Assembly: GCA_963843575.1 (NCBI GenBank)
Contig: CAWJKZ010000013.1
Coordinates: forward strand, 766,891-830,890
DNA length: 64,000 nt
DNA from: an uncultured Acidobacteriota bacterium
GTDB lineage: Bacteria; Acidobacteriota; UBA6911
Direction of reading: 5' to 3'
In this document: positions 19,111-29,924 of the stretch, in pieces
Numbering within the stretch: position 1 is the first letter of the stretch
How the letters are laid out: the number at the start of each line of letters is the position of its first letter
Made by a program: the position numbers and the translations under genes
The notes under the pieces: generated by a model
What the model saw: only the letters and a program-made list of their open reading frames with translations
What the model was told of the DNA's origin: nothing
Databases searched by the model: none

Positions 19111-21935
19111 TCTTCCTCAGGTGTCAGATCCGGGGTTTCGGCAAGTTTGAGGACCTCTCCCTGGATTTCCGGCCCGGCCTCAACGTCGTCTTCGCGGCAA
19201 ACGAAGGGGGCAAGTCCACCCTGCAGCGCTTCCTGCTGGGCATGCTGTACGGCCCGTTGCGCTCCGAGGTGAAAAACCAGCGCCGGCTCGAATCCTGGGT
19301 GGACCACTTCAAACCGTGGCGGGGAGCGGATTACGGCGGCGTGCTCTGGTGCGGGCTGGGCGACGGCGTCGAGGTCGAGGTGCACCGTTCGCTGTCCCGC
19401 GACGACCTGCGCATCGAGATCCGCACCGCATCCGGGGAGGACGTCACCAGCCGTTACGAGCAGCAGCGCAACGGGGACGTTCTGTTCGCCCGGAGCCACC
19501 TGGGCATGCCCAAGGAGCTGTTCGAAGCGGTCGCGGTGATCCGGGAGAACCGGGCCGGCGAGGTGGGAAGCCACGATTCGATCCGTGAGCGGATCACAAA
19601 CCTTGCTCAGTCGGGGGACGAGGAGCTGTCGGTGCGGCTCAGCCTGCAGAAGCTCGACGCGGCAGCGGAGGAGATCGGCTCGGAGCGCGCCCCGACGCGG
19701 CCCTACAAACAGGCGGCCGACCGTATCGCCGCGCTCCAGGAGGAGAGGCGGATCCTTCTCGCGCGGCGCACGGAGTTCGAATCCTGGGTCGACGACCGCA
19801 ACCGACTGGCGGCGCGCGTCGCCACCCTGGAGAGCGAACACCGGCATGCCTCCCGCGTCGCCTTGAGCGCGCGACGGATGGAGACCGCGATCCGGGTGCG
19901 GGCGCTCGAGGACCTCGACCGGGAAATCCGGGCGCTGGAGGCGGAGATCGAACAGACCGGCGGGGATCCGGAATTCCCGGCACAGCACCTGGAAGACCTC
20001 GACCAGCTCGCGGGCGGCCGCGACAGCCTCGAACGCCGGCTGGCCGAACTGCGCCAGGAGTGCTCAATCGCGGAGCATCAACTGTCCGCCCTCCGGGGGT
20101 CGCGCGCGCAGTTGGCCGAGTACGAGTTCCTCAACTCGAGCGCCGAGGCTGAAAAAGTGACCGAATGCTTTGTCGGCTACATGAGCGCCTCCCTCCAGAA
20201 GGACAACGCACAACGCTCCGTCGCACAGCTCACGGACGAGATACGCTCGCTCGAGGAGTCCACCGCAGCGCTCGGCGAGGCCGTTGCCGACCCCGACATC
20301 GACTGGGAGACAAAGGCGCGCCAGGCGTCCGAGCAGGAAGGCGAGTGCTCCCGGCAGATCCTGGAGCTCGCAGGGCGGCGGTCCGCGTGCACAGCCCGGA
20401 GCGTCGAGGCCAGGAGCAGATGCACCCGCAGGGTGGTGGCCGGGACTGCAGCCCTGCTGCTCGGCTGCACGTCGGCGGTCCTGGCCTTCTTCCACCCGCC
20501 TGCCGCCGTGCTCTTCGGCGCGGGACTCGCCCTGCTGGCTGCCTCCGCGGCGTGTTTCTCCCGGGCGGGGCAGGCGCGCAGGGCAGCCCTTGAAGCGGAG
20601 CTCGCCGGCTCCCGGTTGGAACGGGAGCAGACCGCCCTGCAGGAGACCTCCCGGGAGGTGAAATCCGGGGTCATCCAGGCGATGGCGAGCGGCGGTTTCG
20701 AATCCCTCGACGACTTCCTGGCCGCCTCGAGAAAAGGGCAGCGCTACCGGGAGAGGGCCGTTCACCTCAGGTCGCGCCTCGTCGAGGCCGAGCAGCAGCG
20801 GGGGCGCGCCGCCGCGGAAGCGAACGAGCTGTACGCGAAACTCAAGCGGACCCTGGCGGGGGTCAACCTGGGTTGCTCGCCGGCAACCCTGCGTGCCCAA
20901 GTCGACGTGCTGCGCACGAATCTCCGGCGCTTCCGCGACCTGGACGGAAAGTTCAAGGCCTGTGACCAGCGGCTCTCGGGCCTGCTGCTGGAACAGGCCG
21001 AACTAGTCCGGCAAAGTGCGGAGAAGCAGGCCGCCATCGAACAGATCGTCCAGGGCGCGGGCGTAGCCACGCCGGAGGCTTACCGGGAGCGCTGCCGTGC
21101 CCGCCAGCGAGCGGTCGAGCTCATCGAGAAAAAGACGTCGCGGGCGCGCGAATTTCAGCGCCTCTGCCATCCGTCGACGCTGGAACAGTGGAGGGCGCGG
21201 CTGGCCGAAATCGAGGCGGAGGCCGCAACCGGGGCCGATGCGACGGGGAGCCCGGGCGTCGAACAGGGTGGGGACCAGGCGCCCCAGCTGCCTTACCTCC
21301 CCACGGTCGAGGAGGCAGAAGCGGAGGAAAGACGCGTTGCCGCCGAACTCGCGCGCCTACGCGAAGAGTGCGCCATTTCGGTCGAGAGGGTCCGACACGC
21401 GTTCCAGGGCTATCGCACGGTTTCGGAGATCGAAGAAGACCTGGCCGCGGCGGAGCGGGAATTCCGGGAACTGGACGTCAACCGCCGAGCCCTCGCCCTC
21501 GCGGCCGGAACGCTTCGGGAGCTGTCGCGGCAACAGCAGGAGTACCTCGCTCCCCAGTTAAACCGGGCGGTGGAGGGGAGGTTCCTCCGACTCTGTGCGG
21601 CACGCTATGCGGAGGTGAAGATCGATCCCGATTTCCAGATTCACCTGCGCGAATCCGCCACCGGAGAGCTTCGCAAGCTCGAGAGCCTGAGTCGGGGTAC
21701 CCAGGACCAGCTTTACTTCGCCCTGCGTTTCGGCGTGCTCGACCTCGTCTCGAAACCGGAGGAGCCCTCCCCCTGCCTCCTGGACGAACCGTTCGCGGCT
21801 TACGATGGAAGCCGGCTGGCCGAAGCCATGCACATCCTGGAGGAGGAGGCCGCCGGCAGGCAGGTCCTTCTCTTCACCTGCCGGGAGGACCTACACGCCA
21901 TCGCGGCGCGATCCGGGAAATCGCTGCTGATCTGA
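19107..21935 (+). CDS. YhaN-like Rad50/SMC-family ATPase
   Basis: Walker A ANEGGKST, long coiled coil, LSRGTQDQLYFALR signature, Walker B LLDEPF; GTGA overlap with the nuclease gene. Confidence 0.92.
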   Translation: MIFLRCQIRGFGKFEDLSLDFRPGLNVVFAANEGGKSTLQRFLLGMLYGPLRSEVKNQRRLESWVDHFKPWRGADYGGVLWCGLGDGVEVEVHRSLSRDDLRIEIRTASGEDVTSRYEQQRNGDVLFARSHLGMPKELFEAVAVIRENRAGEVGSHDSIRERITNLAQSGDEELSVRLSLQKLDAAAEEIGSERAPTRPYKQAADRIAALQEERRILLARRTEFESWVDDRNRLAARVATLESEHRHASRVALSARRMETAIRVRALEDLDREIRALEAEIEQTGGDPEFPAQHLEDLDQLAGGRDSLERRLAELRQECSIAEHQLSALRGSRAQLAEYEFLNSSAEAEKVTECFVGYMSASLQKDNAQRSVAQLTDEIRSLEESTAALGEAVADPDIDWETKARQASEQEGECSRQILELAGRRSACTARSVEARSRCTRRVVAGTAALLLGCTSAVLAFFHPPAAVLFGAGLALLAASAACFSRAGQARRAALEAELAGSRLEREQTALQETSREVKSGVIQAMASGGFESLDDFLAASRKGQRYRERAVHLRSRLVEAEQQRGRAAAEANELYAKLKRTLAGVNLGCSPATLRAQVDVLRTNLRRFRDLDGKFKACDQRLSGLLLEQAELVRQSAEKQAAIEQIVQGAGVATPEAYRERCRARQRAVELIEKKTSRAREFQRLCHPSTLEQWRARLAEIEAEAATGADATGSPGVEQGGDQAPQLPYLPTVEEAEAEERRVAAELARLREECAISVERVRHAFQGYRTVSEIEEDLAAAEREFRELDVNRRALALAAGTLRELSRQQQEYLAPQLNRAVEGRFLRLCAARYAEVKIDPDFQIHLRESATGELRKLESLSRGTQDQLYFALRFGVLDLVSKPEEPSPCLLDEPFAAYDGSRLAEAMHILEEEAAGRQVLLFTCREDLHAIAARSGKSLLI

Positions 21936-21942
21936 GACTGCC

Positions 21943-21970
21943 AGTGGGCCGCGGCGGCCCGGCGCGGCCC
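21943..21970. repeat. GGGCCGCG hairpin repeat copy
   Basis: Reverse complement is 26/28 identical to 39382-39409. Confidence 0.6.
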
Positions 21971-22099
21971 GGCGCCTGTAAGGTCGGTCCTTGGGTGCCT
22001 ATCCGTGGAAACGACACCAACCGTCGGACAGCCTCTTCGGCCCGGACGACGTTTGCGGTTGCTGTCCATCCTCGCGGCAGCTGGCAGCCCGCGCCTCCG

Positions 22100-24564
22100 T
22101 CAAGACTTCCCCCTCGCGGGAGGATCCAGGACTTCGCGCACCCGGGCGGCAAGCTGCTCCGGGGTAAATGGTTTGGACAAGGAAGCGACGGCGTACTTCG
22201 CGGCGTCGGCGACCACCGACTCGCTGTAGCCCGACATGTAGAGAACCTTGAGCCCCGGGAGGATCCGTCGGAGCTTGCGCGCGAGTTCGGGGCCGCGCAG
22301 CCGCGGGAGGACAAAGTCGGTCAGCAGCAGATCGACGCGGCTTTTCTCTTCTTTCAGGACGGCAGTGGCCTCGTCGGCGCCGGCGGCCTCCCGCACCCGG
22401 TAGCCTAGTTGCTCGAGCAGGCGGCGGGTCAGCCTCCTGAGCGGCGTGTCGTCTTCCACCAACAGGACGGTTTCGGAGCCGCCGCGCGGCAGCTCTGCCG
22501 CGGTCTGGCTGGGGTGCTGGACGGGAACCTGCACGTCCGGGAGGTAGACCTTGAATGTCGCGCCATGCCCTGGTTCGCTGTAGACCCAGATGTGCCCGCC
22601 GCTCTGTTTCACGATGCCATAGACGGTCGAGAGGCCGAAGCCGCTGCCCCTGTCCTTCTCCTTGGTCGTGAAGAAAGGCTCGAACAGGTGCGCCCGCACG
22701 CTGGGCGCGATTCCCGTCCCGGTGTCGGTGACCGCAATCATCGCGTAGGCGCCCGGAACGACCCCGGCGTGGGTGCGGGAGTATTCCTCGTCCAGGAAGA
22801 CATTGGAGGTTTCGACCAGGAGCTTGCCTCCTCGGGGCATCGCATCCCGGGCGTTGACGACGAGGTTGAGCAGCACCTGTCCGATCTGCCCCCGGTCCGC
22901 CCGCACACGGCAGAGGTGCGGGTCCAGATGAGTGACCAGCTGAATGTCGGTCCCGATGATACGCAGGAGCATCCGCTGCATCTCGGCGATGACGCCGTTC
23001 AGGTCCAGGATCTCGGGCTTGAGGATCTGCCTGCGACTGAAGGCGAGCAGCTGCCGAGTGAGTTCCGCGCCCCGGCCGGCAGCCTTGCGCACCTCCTCCA
23101 GGTCGGATCGATGCGGGTCGTCCAGCGGCATCCCGGTCAGGGTCAGCTCCGTGTAGCCCTGGATCGCCATCAGGATGTTGTTGAAGTCGTGTGCCACCCC
23201 GCCGGCCAGCCGGCCGATTGCCTCGATCTTCTGCGATTGACGCAGCTGCTCTTCCAGCTGCTTCATTTCGCTGATGTCCCGGACCGCAACCAGACGGGCC
23301 GGGCGCGTCCCGTACATGACGCCGAACCCGTGCACCTCCACGTCCATCGCCAAGCCGTCCTTGCGGCGGTGGCGTACGGTGTTTTCCTGGAGTCCGGGGC
23401 AGAGTTCCACCGGGCTCGCGCCTTCGTCGGGGACCTGCACCTCATCGACGGACATGGCCAGGAACTCCTCCCGCGAGTAGCCGTACAGGCGCACGGCGGC
23501 GTCGTTGGCGGCCAGGAAGCGCATCGTCTCGGTGTCGACGAGCCACATCGGGAGCGGGTTGGCGTTGAACAGGAAGCGGTATCGTTCCTCGCTGGCCCGC
23601 AGGGCCTCCTCCGCCGCGAGTCTTTCCGTTATGTCCTCGCCTATGCTGGCGGTGCCGACGACGCGGCCATCGGGGTTGCGGAGTACCGAGTTGCTCCAGG
23701 AGATGCGCCGGATCCGTCCGTCGCGGGTGATGATTTCGTTCAGGTAGTGAACGGGGATGGAGCCGGCGGTGATGTTGTCGAAGAACATCTGCCGGACCCG
23801 GGTGCGATTTTCCGGGGGCAGGAAGGTCTCGAACCAGTTCCTGCCGACCACCTCGGTCCGGTCCCAGCCGAGGAGGCCGGCACCGAACTGGTTGCAGAAT
23901 CTGATGCGGCCGTCGGGCCCCAGGACGATGGCGACGAGGTTCACGCGTTCGAGGATTTCCCGGAAGCGGCGCTCGGAGCCGCTCAGCGCCTCCTCGGCGC
24001 GTTGGTGCGCCGCGTCCCGTTCGAGGGCCTCGAGGGCGTGGCCGAGGTCCGCGGCGGCCATCTCGAGCCAGTGGAGCTCGTGGGGGCCGAACCGGTCCGC
24101 CGCCTTCGACAGCAGCGTAAGCGTCCCCACGGCCCGCCCGCGAACCGGCAGCGCGAGGGAAACCCCGGAGCGGAGGCACGCCTCCTGCAGGACCGGGCGA
24201 AAGGGCGTGAATCTCTCGTCGTCGAGGAGGTCGGCGAAAACGACAGACCCGGGGGGCTGGGCAAGTTCGGATCCAGCGCCATCGCGCTGCGGATCGCGTC
24301 GCGAAGCGCCCCGTCGCCTGAATCCGCCCCGTGTTGTGCCTCGAGCAGGTCCGCCCCGTCGGCCTGCGGGAGAGCGATCGAAGCGTGGGCAAAACCGCCG
24401 ATCTCGACGGCGGTGCGGCAAGCCCCGTCCAGCAGCCGTTGCCGGTCCCGCGTCCGCAGGGCCAGACGGTCGAGTTCGCACACCATCAGATACAGCCGCG
24501 TCTGTCGGGCGTCTGCAGCCCGGTCGATGATGTCGCGCAGGACCCGGTCGTCGCTCGAGGACAT
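22100..24564 (-). CDS. GAF-PAS-PAS hybrid sensor histidine kinase/response regulator (frameshift ~24250)
   Basis: GGVAHDFNN H-box, NLVVNARDAM, FEPFFTTK, GFGLSTV, C-terminal receiver LLVEDD..LLTD; the N-terminal GAF part is in another frame. Confidence 0.92.
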
Positions 24565-24587
24565 ATTCACACCCGTCGAGGGCACAT

Positions 24588-25016
24588 TCAGGAGGGCATG
24601 TGGGGCCGCAGCCTGCTCAGGAGTGCGGCCTTGCCCATGGCCCCGACCAGCGTGTCGACAGGTTCGCCGTTCTTGAACACGATCATGGTGGGGATGTTGC
24701 GCACACCGAACTGGCCCGCCGCCGCGGGATTGCGGTCCACGTCGATCTTTACCACCTTGATCCTGCCGGCTTCCTCCCGGGCCACTTCTTCCAGGATCGG
24801 GCCGACGACCCGGCACGGTCCGCACCACTCGGCCCAGAAGTCCACCAGGACGGGAACGCCCGCCTGCACCTCCCGGGCGAACGTGGCGTCGGAGGCTGAA
24901 ACGAGCCAGGGCAGCGGGCTCTTGCACCTGCCGCAGACCGGCAGTTCGCGCGAGTGGGCCGGCGTGACCCGGTTTTTCACCCCGCAGGATGCGCACTGGA
25001 CGACGTTGTCCGCCAT
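24588..25016 (-). CDS. trxC: Thioredoxin 2 (zinc-finger thioredoxin)
   Basis: CASC..NRV..CGRC zinc finger plus WCGPC active site. Confidence 0.9.
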   Translation of the reverse strand: MADNVVQCASCGVKNRVTPAHSRELPVCGRCKSPLPWLVSASDATFAREVQAGVPVLVDFWAEWCGPCRVVGPILEEVAREEAGRIKVVKIDVDRNPAAAGQFGVRNIPTMIVFKNGEPVDTLVGAMGKAALLSRLRPHMPS

Positions 25017-25044
25017 TGTTCGATCCCCCGGCGGCAGCCGGACC

Positions 25045-25956
25045 TTAATCCTTGAACAGGTTCCGAGCGATGAACAATACATTCGCAGGACGCTCGGCGA
25101 GCCGCCTCATGTAGTAAGGATACCAGCGGCGCCCATAGGGTACATAGGTGCGGACATTGTGGCCGTGCGCCGCCAGGCTCTGCTGCAGGTCGCGCCTGAT
25201 CCCGTAGAGCATCTGAAACTCGAACCGCTCCTTGGGAATCCCGCGGGCGGCGGCAAACTCGGTAGTCGCCCGGACCATCGCCGGATCGTGCGTCGCGATC
25301 GCGTGGTAGATGCCGCTCGACAGGAGCATCTGCATGAGCTTGACGAAGTTCGCATCCGTGTCGTCCTTCTTCTTGAAAGCCACCGTGTCCGGTTCCAGGT
25401 AGGCTCCCTTGCAGAGTCGCACGCGGCAGCCCTCCGCAATCAGCGTTTCGACGTCCTTCCCGCTGCGGTAAAGATAGGCCTGGATCACCGCCCCGACATG
25501 ATCCCCTTCTTCTTTGCGGGCGCGCAGGACGAGGTCCAGGGTGCTCTGGGTAAACGGGCTGTCTTCCATGTCGACCCGAACGAAGTTGCCAAGGGTGCGG
25601 GCATGGCTCACGATGCGCAGCATGTTCGCGTAGCAGAACTCCTTGTCGAGGGCGAGGCCGAGTTGCGTCAGCTTGACCGACACATTGCAGTCGATCAGCT
25701 CCGACCGGATGCGATCCAACATGGTCAGGACTTCCTGGCTGGCGTTTTCCGCGTCGCTCCGGGACAGCGTGTTTTCTCCGAGGAAATCCAGGGTGCCGCG
25801 AATCTTCTGCCTGTTCAGTTCGCGCACGGCACCGACCGCGTCGTCCAGTGTTTCACCGGCGACGAAGCGCCAGGCGGTATTGCGAAAGAAACGAAAGCGC
25901 ATTATGAAGTTCTTGAAGCTTTCTTGACGGGCGAGAAAGAGGAAGAGGGCGCGCAT
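25045..25956 (-). CDS. Monofunctional proline dehydrogenase
   Basis: RFVAGE, SVKLTQLG, VDMED, RLCKGAY, IATHD, QMLYG, YYMRRLAERPAN. Confidence 0.95.
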   Translation of the reverse strand: MRALFLFLARQESFKNFIMRFRFFRNTAWRFVAGETLDDAVGAVRELNRQKIRGTLDFLGENTLSRSDAENASQEVLTMLDRIRSELIDCNVSVKLTQLGLALDKEFCYANMLRIVSHARTLGNFVRVDMEDSPFTQSTLDLVLRARKEEGDHVGAVIQAYLYRSGKDVETLIAEGCRVRLCKGAYLEPDTVAFKKKDDTDANFVKLMQMLLSSGIYHAIATHDPAMVRATTEFAAARGIPKERFEFQMLYGIRRDLQQSLAAHGHNVRTYVPYGRRWYPYYMRRLAERPANVLFIARNLFKD

Positions 25957-26137
25957 GGGAGAGTCCTTGTAGCCGGAATCGTACGACGGCACCGCGCTTC
26001 AGCCCGGCGCCGCGCGAGGATGGGTCCGACGTCAAACCAGGGCGAAAGCGGCATCACCGCAACCGGCGCACAACGGCAGCCGCTGCGCAAAGGACCGGTC
26101 GTTGACGCCATGTACGATCGGGAATAATATCGGAATA

Positions 26138-26797
26138 ATGATCACAGTCCCAATATTTCCTTTGCCCAATGCCGTGCTCTTTCCCAAGACCCTCATGCCG
26201 CTTCACGTTTTCGAGGAAAGGTACCGCAGGATGACCCGCGAGGCCATCAAGGGGGACGGGCAGATTGCGATCGTTCTGCTGCGCGAGGGGTGGGAGGCGG
26301 ATTACGACAACGCCCCGGCCGTGCACGACGTCCTCTGTGTCGGGAGGATCGAGAATTACGAAGAACTGGACGGGGGCAAATACAACATCGTGCTGGCGGG
26401 CGTGCACCGGGCCCGGTTGATCCGGGAAGTGCAGCGGTTCCCGTACCGCCTCGCGGAGGTGGAGCCCCTGGACGACACCGCCGCGGACGAACTCCAGGGC
26501 GACATCATCGGGCGCCGCAACCACCTGGGCGGCCTGTTCACCCGCTTCACCGAGCTGGCCATGGAAGGGAAGCATCGCGTCGTGGAACTCGTACCCCAGC
26601 TCGGGTTCGAAGCCCTCGTAAACATGGTGGCATCGACCCTGAACCTGCCGGCCGAGGAGAAGCAGATGCTGCTGGAGATGGACGACGTGGTGCTGCGTTG
26701 CGACAGCCTCATCCCGGTGTTGCAGCAGCAACTGGAGTCCCTCATCGTCGTGCGGACCTACGAGCACCTCAAGCCCGAAGACCCGTCGAGAAACTGA
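26138..26797 (+). CDS. LON peptidase substrate-binding domain protein (stand-alone)
   Basis: PIFPLPNAVLFP...PLHVFEERY; no AAA or protease domain. Confidence 0.9.
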   Translation: MITVPIFPLPNAVLFPKTLMPLHVFEERYRRMTREAIKGDGQIAIVLLREGWEADYDNAPAVHDVLCVGRIENYEELDGGKYNIVLAGVHRARLIREVQRFPYRLAEVEPLDDTAADELQGDIIGRRNHLGGLFTRFTELAMEGKHRVVELVPQLGFEALVNMVASTLNLPAEEKQMLLEMDDVVLRCDSLIPVLQQQLESLIVVRTYEHLKPEDPSRN

Positions 26798-26810
26798 AAG
26801 GAAGAGCAGG

Positions 26811-28082
26811 ATGCACTACCCGGACATGTACGCCGTGCGCCAGACATTCGCCCGCGAGCGGGAAACGGATATCCCCGACGCCGTGCGCCGCGAAATGACG
26901 CGTCTTGCCGCGCGGCTGCAGCTCAGACCCGGAGCCCGCGTCGGGGTGGCCGTCGGGAGCCGCGGCATCAGAGACATCGCGGCGGTGACCCAGGGCGTGG
27001 TCGACGGTCTCAAGCGCCTCGGCGCCGAGCCGTTTGTCTTCCCGGCCATGGGGAGCCATGGCGGCGGGACGGCGGAGGGGCAGGCCGCCGTACTGCATCA
27101 CTACGGCATTACGGAAGCGTCGATGCGCTGCCCCATCCTTTCACGCATGGACACCGTGCAGATCGGCGCGTCGCCGGAGGGCATCCCGGTTTTCCTGGAC
27201 AGGAACGCCTCTGAAGCGGACCACGTCGTCCCGATCAACCGCGTCAAATCCCACACCGAATTCAAAGGTGAAATCGAAAGCGGCATCATGAAGATGCTGC
27301 TGATCGGGATGGGCAAGCAGGACGGGGCGCGGATCTATCACCGGGCGTTCGCCGACTACGGATTCGACCGGATCGTCGCCGGGCTGGCCCGGGTCGTGAT
27401 CGAGAAAGCCCGCGTGCTGTTCGGAATGGCGATCATCGAGAACGCCTACCAGGAGACGGCCCTCCTGCGCGGGCTGTTGCCCGACGAGATCGTCCAGGAG
27501 GAACGGCGGCTGCTCCGGAAGGCCAAGGAACTCGCGCCGCGCCTGCCCTTCGACGACATCGACATCCTGATCGTCGACGAGATGGGCAAGAACGTCAGCG
27601 GCTCGGGGATGGACACGAACGTGATCGGGCGGTTCTACAACCACGTCGCCCGGGAGCCGGAAAAGCCGCGCATCAAACGCATCTACGTGCGCGATCTGAC
27701 ACCCGAGAGCATGGGCAACGCCTGCGGCATCGGGCTGGCGGACTACGTGCACCGTGCTCTCGTCGACAAAGTCGACCTCCCCGCCACCAACACCAACTGC
27801 ATCACGGCCGGAAACCCTGAAAAGGGCCGCATCCCGATCTCTTGCGCAACCGATCGCGAGGCACTCGATTTCTGCTTCGCCACCGTGGGGCTCACCACGC
27901 CCGAAGATGCCCGCGTCGTCTGGATCCGGAACACGCTGGATTTGACAGAAGCGGAAATATCGCGGACACTGAGGGTTCAGGTGGACGGCCGGGCGGACCT
28001 CAGCGTCGCAGGAGGCCCGGTCGCGCTCGCCTGCGACGAAGCCGGCAGGCTCCGACCTCTCGCGCGCACCGCGCACGCCTGA
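26811..28082 (+). CDS. Lactate racemase (LarA/DUF2088)-domain protein
   Basis: VAVGSRGI, PAMGSHGG, NRVKSHTEF, GKNVSGSGMD. Confidence 0.8.
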   Translation: MHYPDMYAVRQTFARERETDIPDAVRREMTRLAARLQLRPGARVGVAVGSRGIRDIAAVTQGVVDGLKRLGAEPFVFPAMGSHGGGTAEGQAAVLHHYGITEASMRCPILSRMDTVQIGASPEGIPVFLDRNASEADHVVPINRVKSHTEFKGEIESGIMKMLLIGMGKQDGARIYHRAFADYGFDRIVAGLARVVIEKARVLFGMAIIENAYQETALLRGLLPDEIVQEERRLLRKAKELAPRLPFDDIDILIVDEMGKNVSGSGMDTNVIGRFYNHVAREPEKPRIKRIYVRDLTPESMGNACGIGLADYVHRALVDKVDLPATNTNCITAGNPEKGRIPISCATDREALDFCFATVGLTTPEDARVVWIRNTLDLTEAEISRTLRVQVDGRADLSVAGGPVALACDEAGRLRPLARTAHA

Positions 28083-28166
28083 GCCCGCCGGACTCCCGGG
28101 CAAAACCTCGAAACCCGGGCAGGCGCCGGCCCCAAGGCCGGACGGCAACCTGGAACTGGCGACACG

Positions 28167-29911
28167 ATGAAAGGCAAATACCCGGAGTACCCGTCGCACA
28201 GCATATCCGACATCCGCGACATGTTCCTGAAGAGCGTCGCCGAGTTCCCCGACCGCATCGCTCTGCAGCACAAGAAGGCGGGCCGCTGGATCCCGATCAC
28301 CTATCGCGAGCTGGCCGGCGCGGTGGAGCAATTCGCCTGCGGCCTCGCGGCCGTCGGCCTGAAACCGGTCGAAAGCAAGCTGGCCATCCTGGGAGACAAC
28401 CGGCCCGAGTGGGCCGTGAGTTATCTGGCGGCGGCGTGCACCGGGATCGTCTGCGTCCCCATCGACAGAGACCTCCGCGAGACCGAGGTGTACCACATCC
28501 TCTACCTGTCCGGCGTGCAGGGCGTCGTGGCCGATGCCCGCCACATCGACATGGTGCAGGAAATCCGGAAAAAGTTGCCGCACCTGCGCGTGCTGATCGA
28601 CATGGATATCGACGAGGCGGAGGCGGGGGACCGGATCCACGGCTTCGAGCAGGTCCGGAGGCTGGGCGAGGAGCGGATCCGGGCAGGCACCAACGACTAT
28701 GCCGTGGCCAGGATCACGCCCGACCACCTGGTCTCCATCCTCTTCACCTCCGGAACCATGGGCAACTCCAAGGGGGTGATGCTGACCCACGGCAACATCG
28801 CCAACAACATCGAGGATGCGGTGAAGTACGTCGACCTGCAGACGGAGGACCGCTTCCTCTCCGTCCTGCCGCTGCACCACAGCTACGAGTGCACCGACGG
28901 CTTCCTGCTCGCGCTCTACCGCGGCTCGATGGTCTCGTATGCGGAGAACCTGCGCCGCATCGCCGAAAACCTGGCCGAGACGCACGCCACGGCGATGCTG
29001 GGAGTCCCGCTGCTGTGGCACGCGCTCTACAAGCGGATCGAGGCGGGCATGGAGGAGAAAGGCCGCTGGAAGGTGACGGCTGCCAAGCGGCTGGCCTCCT
29101 TTTCGGAGAAGGCACTCGGGAAAAACATCCGTCGCAGGCTGTTCGGCAGAGGTGCACGAGAAATTCGGCGGCTCGCTGCGCATCCTCATCTCCGGCGGCG
29201 CCGCCATCGACCCGGCCGTGGCCAGAGGATTCCGCGAGTTGGGCATAGTGTTCCTGCAGGGCTACGGCCTGACGGAGTCGGCGCCGATCATCGCCTGCAA
29301 CCGCAACAAGGCGTTCAAGGACGACGCGGCCGGGCTGCCGATGCCGAGCGTGGAGGTCAAGATCGCGGACGACGGCGAGGTCCTCGCCCGCGGCCCCAAC
29401 ATCATGCGCGGCTATTACAACAACCCCGAGGCGACGCGCGACACGCTCGTCGACGGATGGCTGCACACGGGCGATCTCGGATATCTCGATCGGGACGGGT
29501 TTCTCCACATCCTGGGACGCAAAAAGGCCGTCATCGTGACCCCGGGAGGCAAGAAAGTCTATCCGGAAGAGGTGGAGGCGGAACTGCTGAAGTCCACCTA
29601 CATCTCCGAGTGCCTCGTCTGGGGCGACAGCGACGGCCGCCCGCGCGATGAGCCCGAAGTCTGTGCCATCGTCGTCCCCAACATAGAGGCGTTCGTCAGC
29701 GAGGGGCTCGAGCAGTCGGGCGCGGTGGACAGCGCCAGAGCTCGAGGAGATCCTGCGCCGCGAGGTGAAGGAGCACTGCCAGAAACTCGCCCCATTCAAG
29801 CGGGTCACCAAGCTCGTCATCCGCAACGAGGAATTCGAAAAGACCACCACCAGGAAGATCAAGCGCTATCTCTACACCGGGAAGCCGTCGGCCGTCGGCA
29901 CCCGGCCCTAG
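28167..29911 (+). CDS. Long-chain fatty acid-CoA ligase (frameshifts ~29150 and ~29740)
   Basis: FTSGTMGNSKG, QGYGLTE, WLHTGDLG, GRKK, FEKTTTRKIKR distributed over three frames. Confidence 0.92.
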
Positions 29912-29924
29912 CTGCGGGGCCGTG

